A stretch of 61,511 nt of DNA, filler included, from Sphacelaria rigidula (taxonomy: Eukaryota): assembly GCA_964200075.2 (NCBI GenBank). It is 7 parts of 7 records of this genome, joined end to end, with 100 filler letters (N's around TTAATTAATTAA, not from the genome) between each part and the next. Parts side by side here need not be neighbours in the genome. Positions count along the whole stretch, not along the records: positions 52,811 to 61,511 come from CAXNAA020010335.1; 6 more parts are not named here. The stretch is one strand, 5' to 3'. A program made the position numbers and the translations under genes. Below the pieces are notes generated by a model. That model did not search any database, was not told the DNA's origin, and saw only the letters and a program-made list of their open reading frames with translations. Below are positions 61,378 to 61,511 of this stretch, in pieces. How positions within the stretch are numbered: position 1 is the stretch's first letter; each line of letters starts with the position of its first letter.

Positions 61378-61511
61378 CACACCTTGGACAATATATGGTC
61401 AATATTTGCAATAGACAAGAAAGGTACTGCATAAAGTACAGGCCTATTGCGACTATTGTCGACCGGCAATAGCTGCAATAGGCCTATACTTTATGCAGTA
61501 CACTTCTCGTC
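61378..61511. mobile_element. Palindromic MITE, same family as 18827-18996, cut by the window end
   Basis: Starts cacaccttggacaatata. Near-perfect hairpin gtactgcataaagtacaggcctattgc...gcaataggcctatactttatgcagtac. Confidence 0.88.

Noticed and set aside
60816-61434. Cys/Val-rich and Thr/His-rich ORFs (also 7639-8093)
   Set aside because: These are translations of microsatellites.

Overview
This is eukaryotic, intron-rich, repeat-rich DNA, most consistent with a brown alga or related stramenopile (inferred from gene architecture and protein types, not proven). It is not one locus. Seven unrelated contigs of 8703, 8702, 8702, 8701, 8701, 8701 and 8701 bp are joined by identical 100-bp N spacers carrying TTAATTAATTAA. 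The window holds partial spliced genes: a kinesin-4-like coiled-coil gene, a TPR-like gene, a giant IPT/TIG surface protein whose introns appear all phase 0, and two uncharacterised minus-strand genes, one possibly decaying. It also holds a near-full-length decayed APE-type LINE plus a second fragment, two Ty3/Gypsy relics, a tRNA-derived SINE head, several MITE families and microsatellites. The most interesting signal is a set of short dispersed elements, about ten copies across five contigs. They have two different bodies but share a ~70-nt 3' end with compensatory base-pairing that terminates in ATGAGTAC(A). Copies are variably 5'-truncated and sit in C/G runs with target-site duplications, which suggests a C-tract-targeting retroposon system whose autonomous partner is not in the window.
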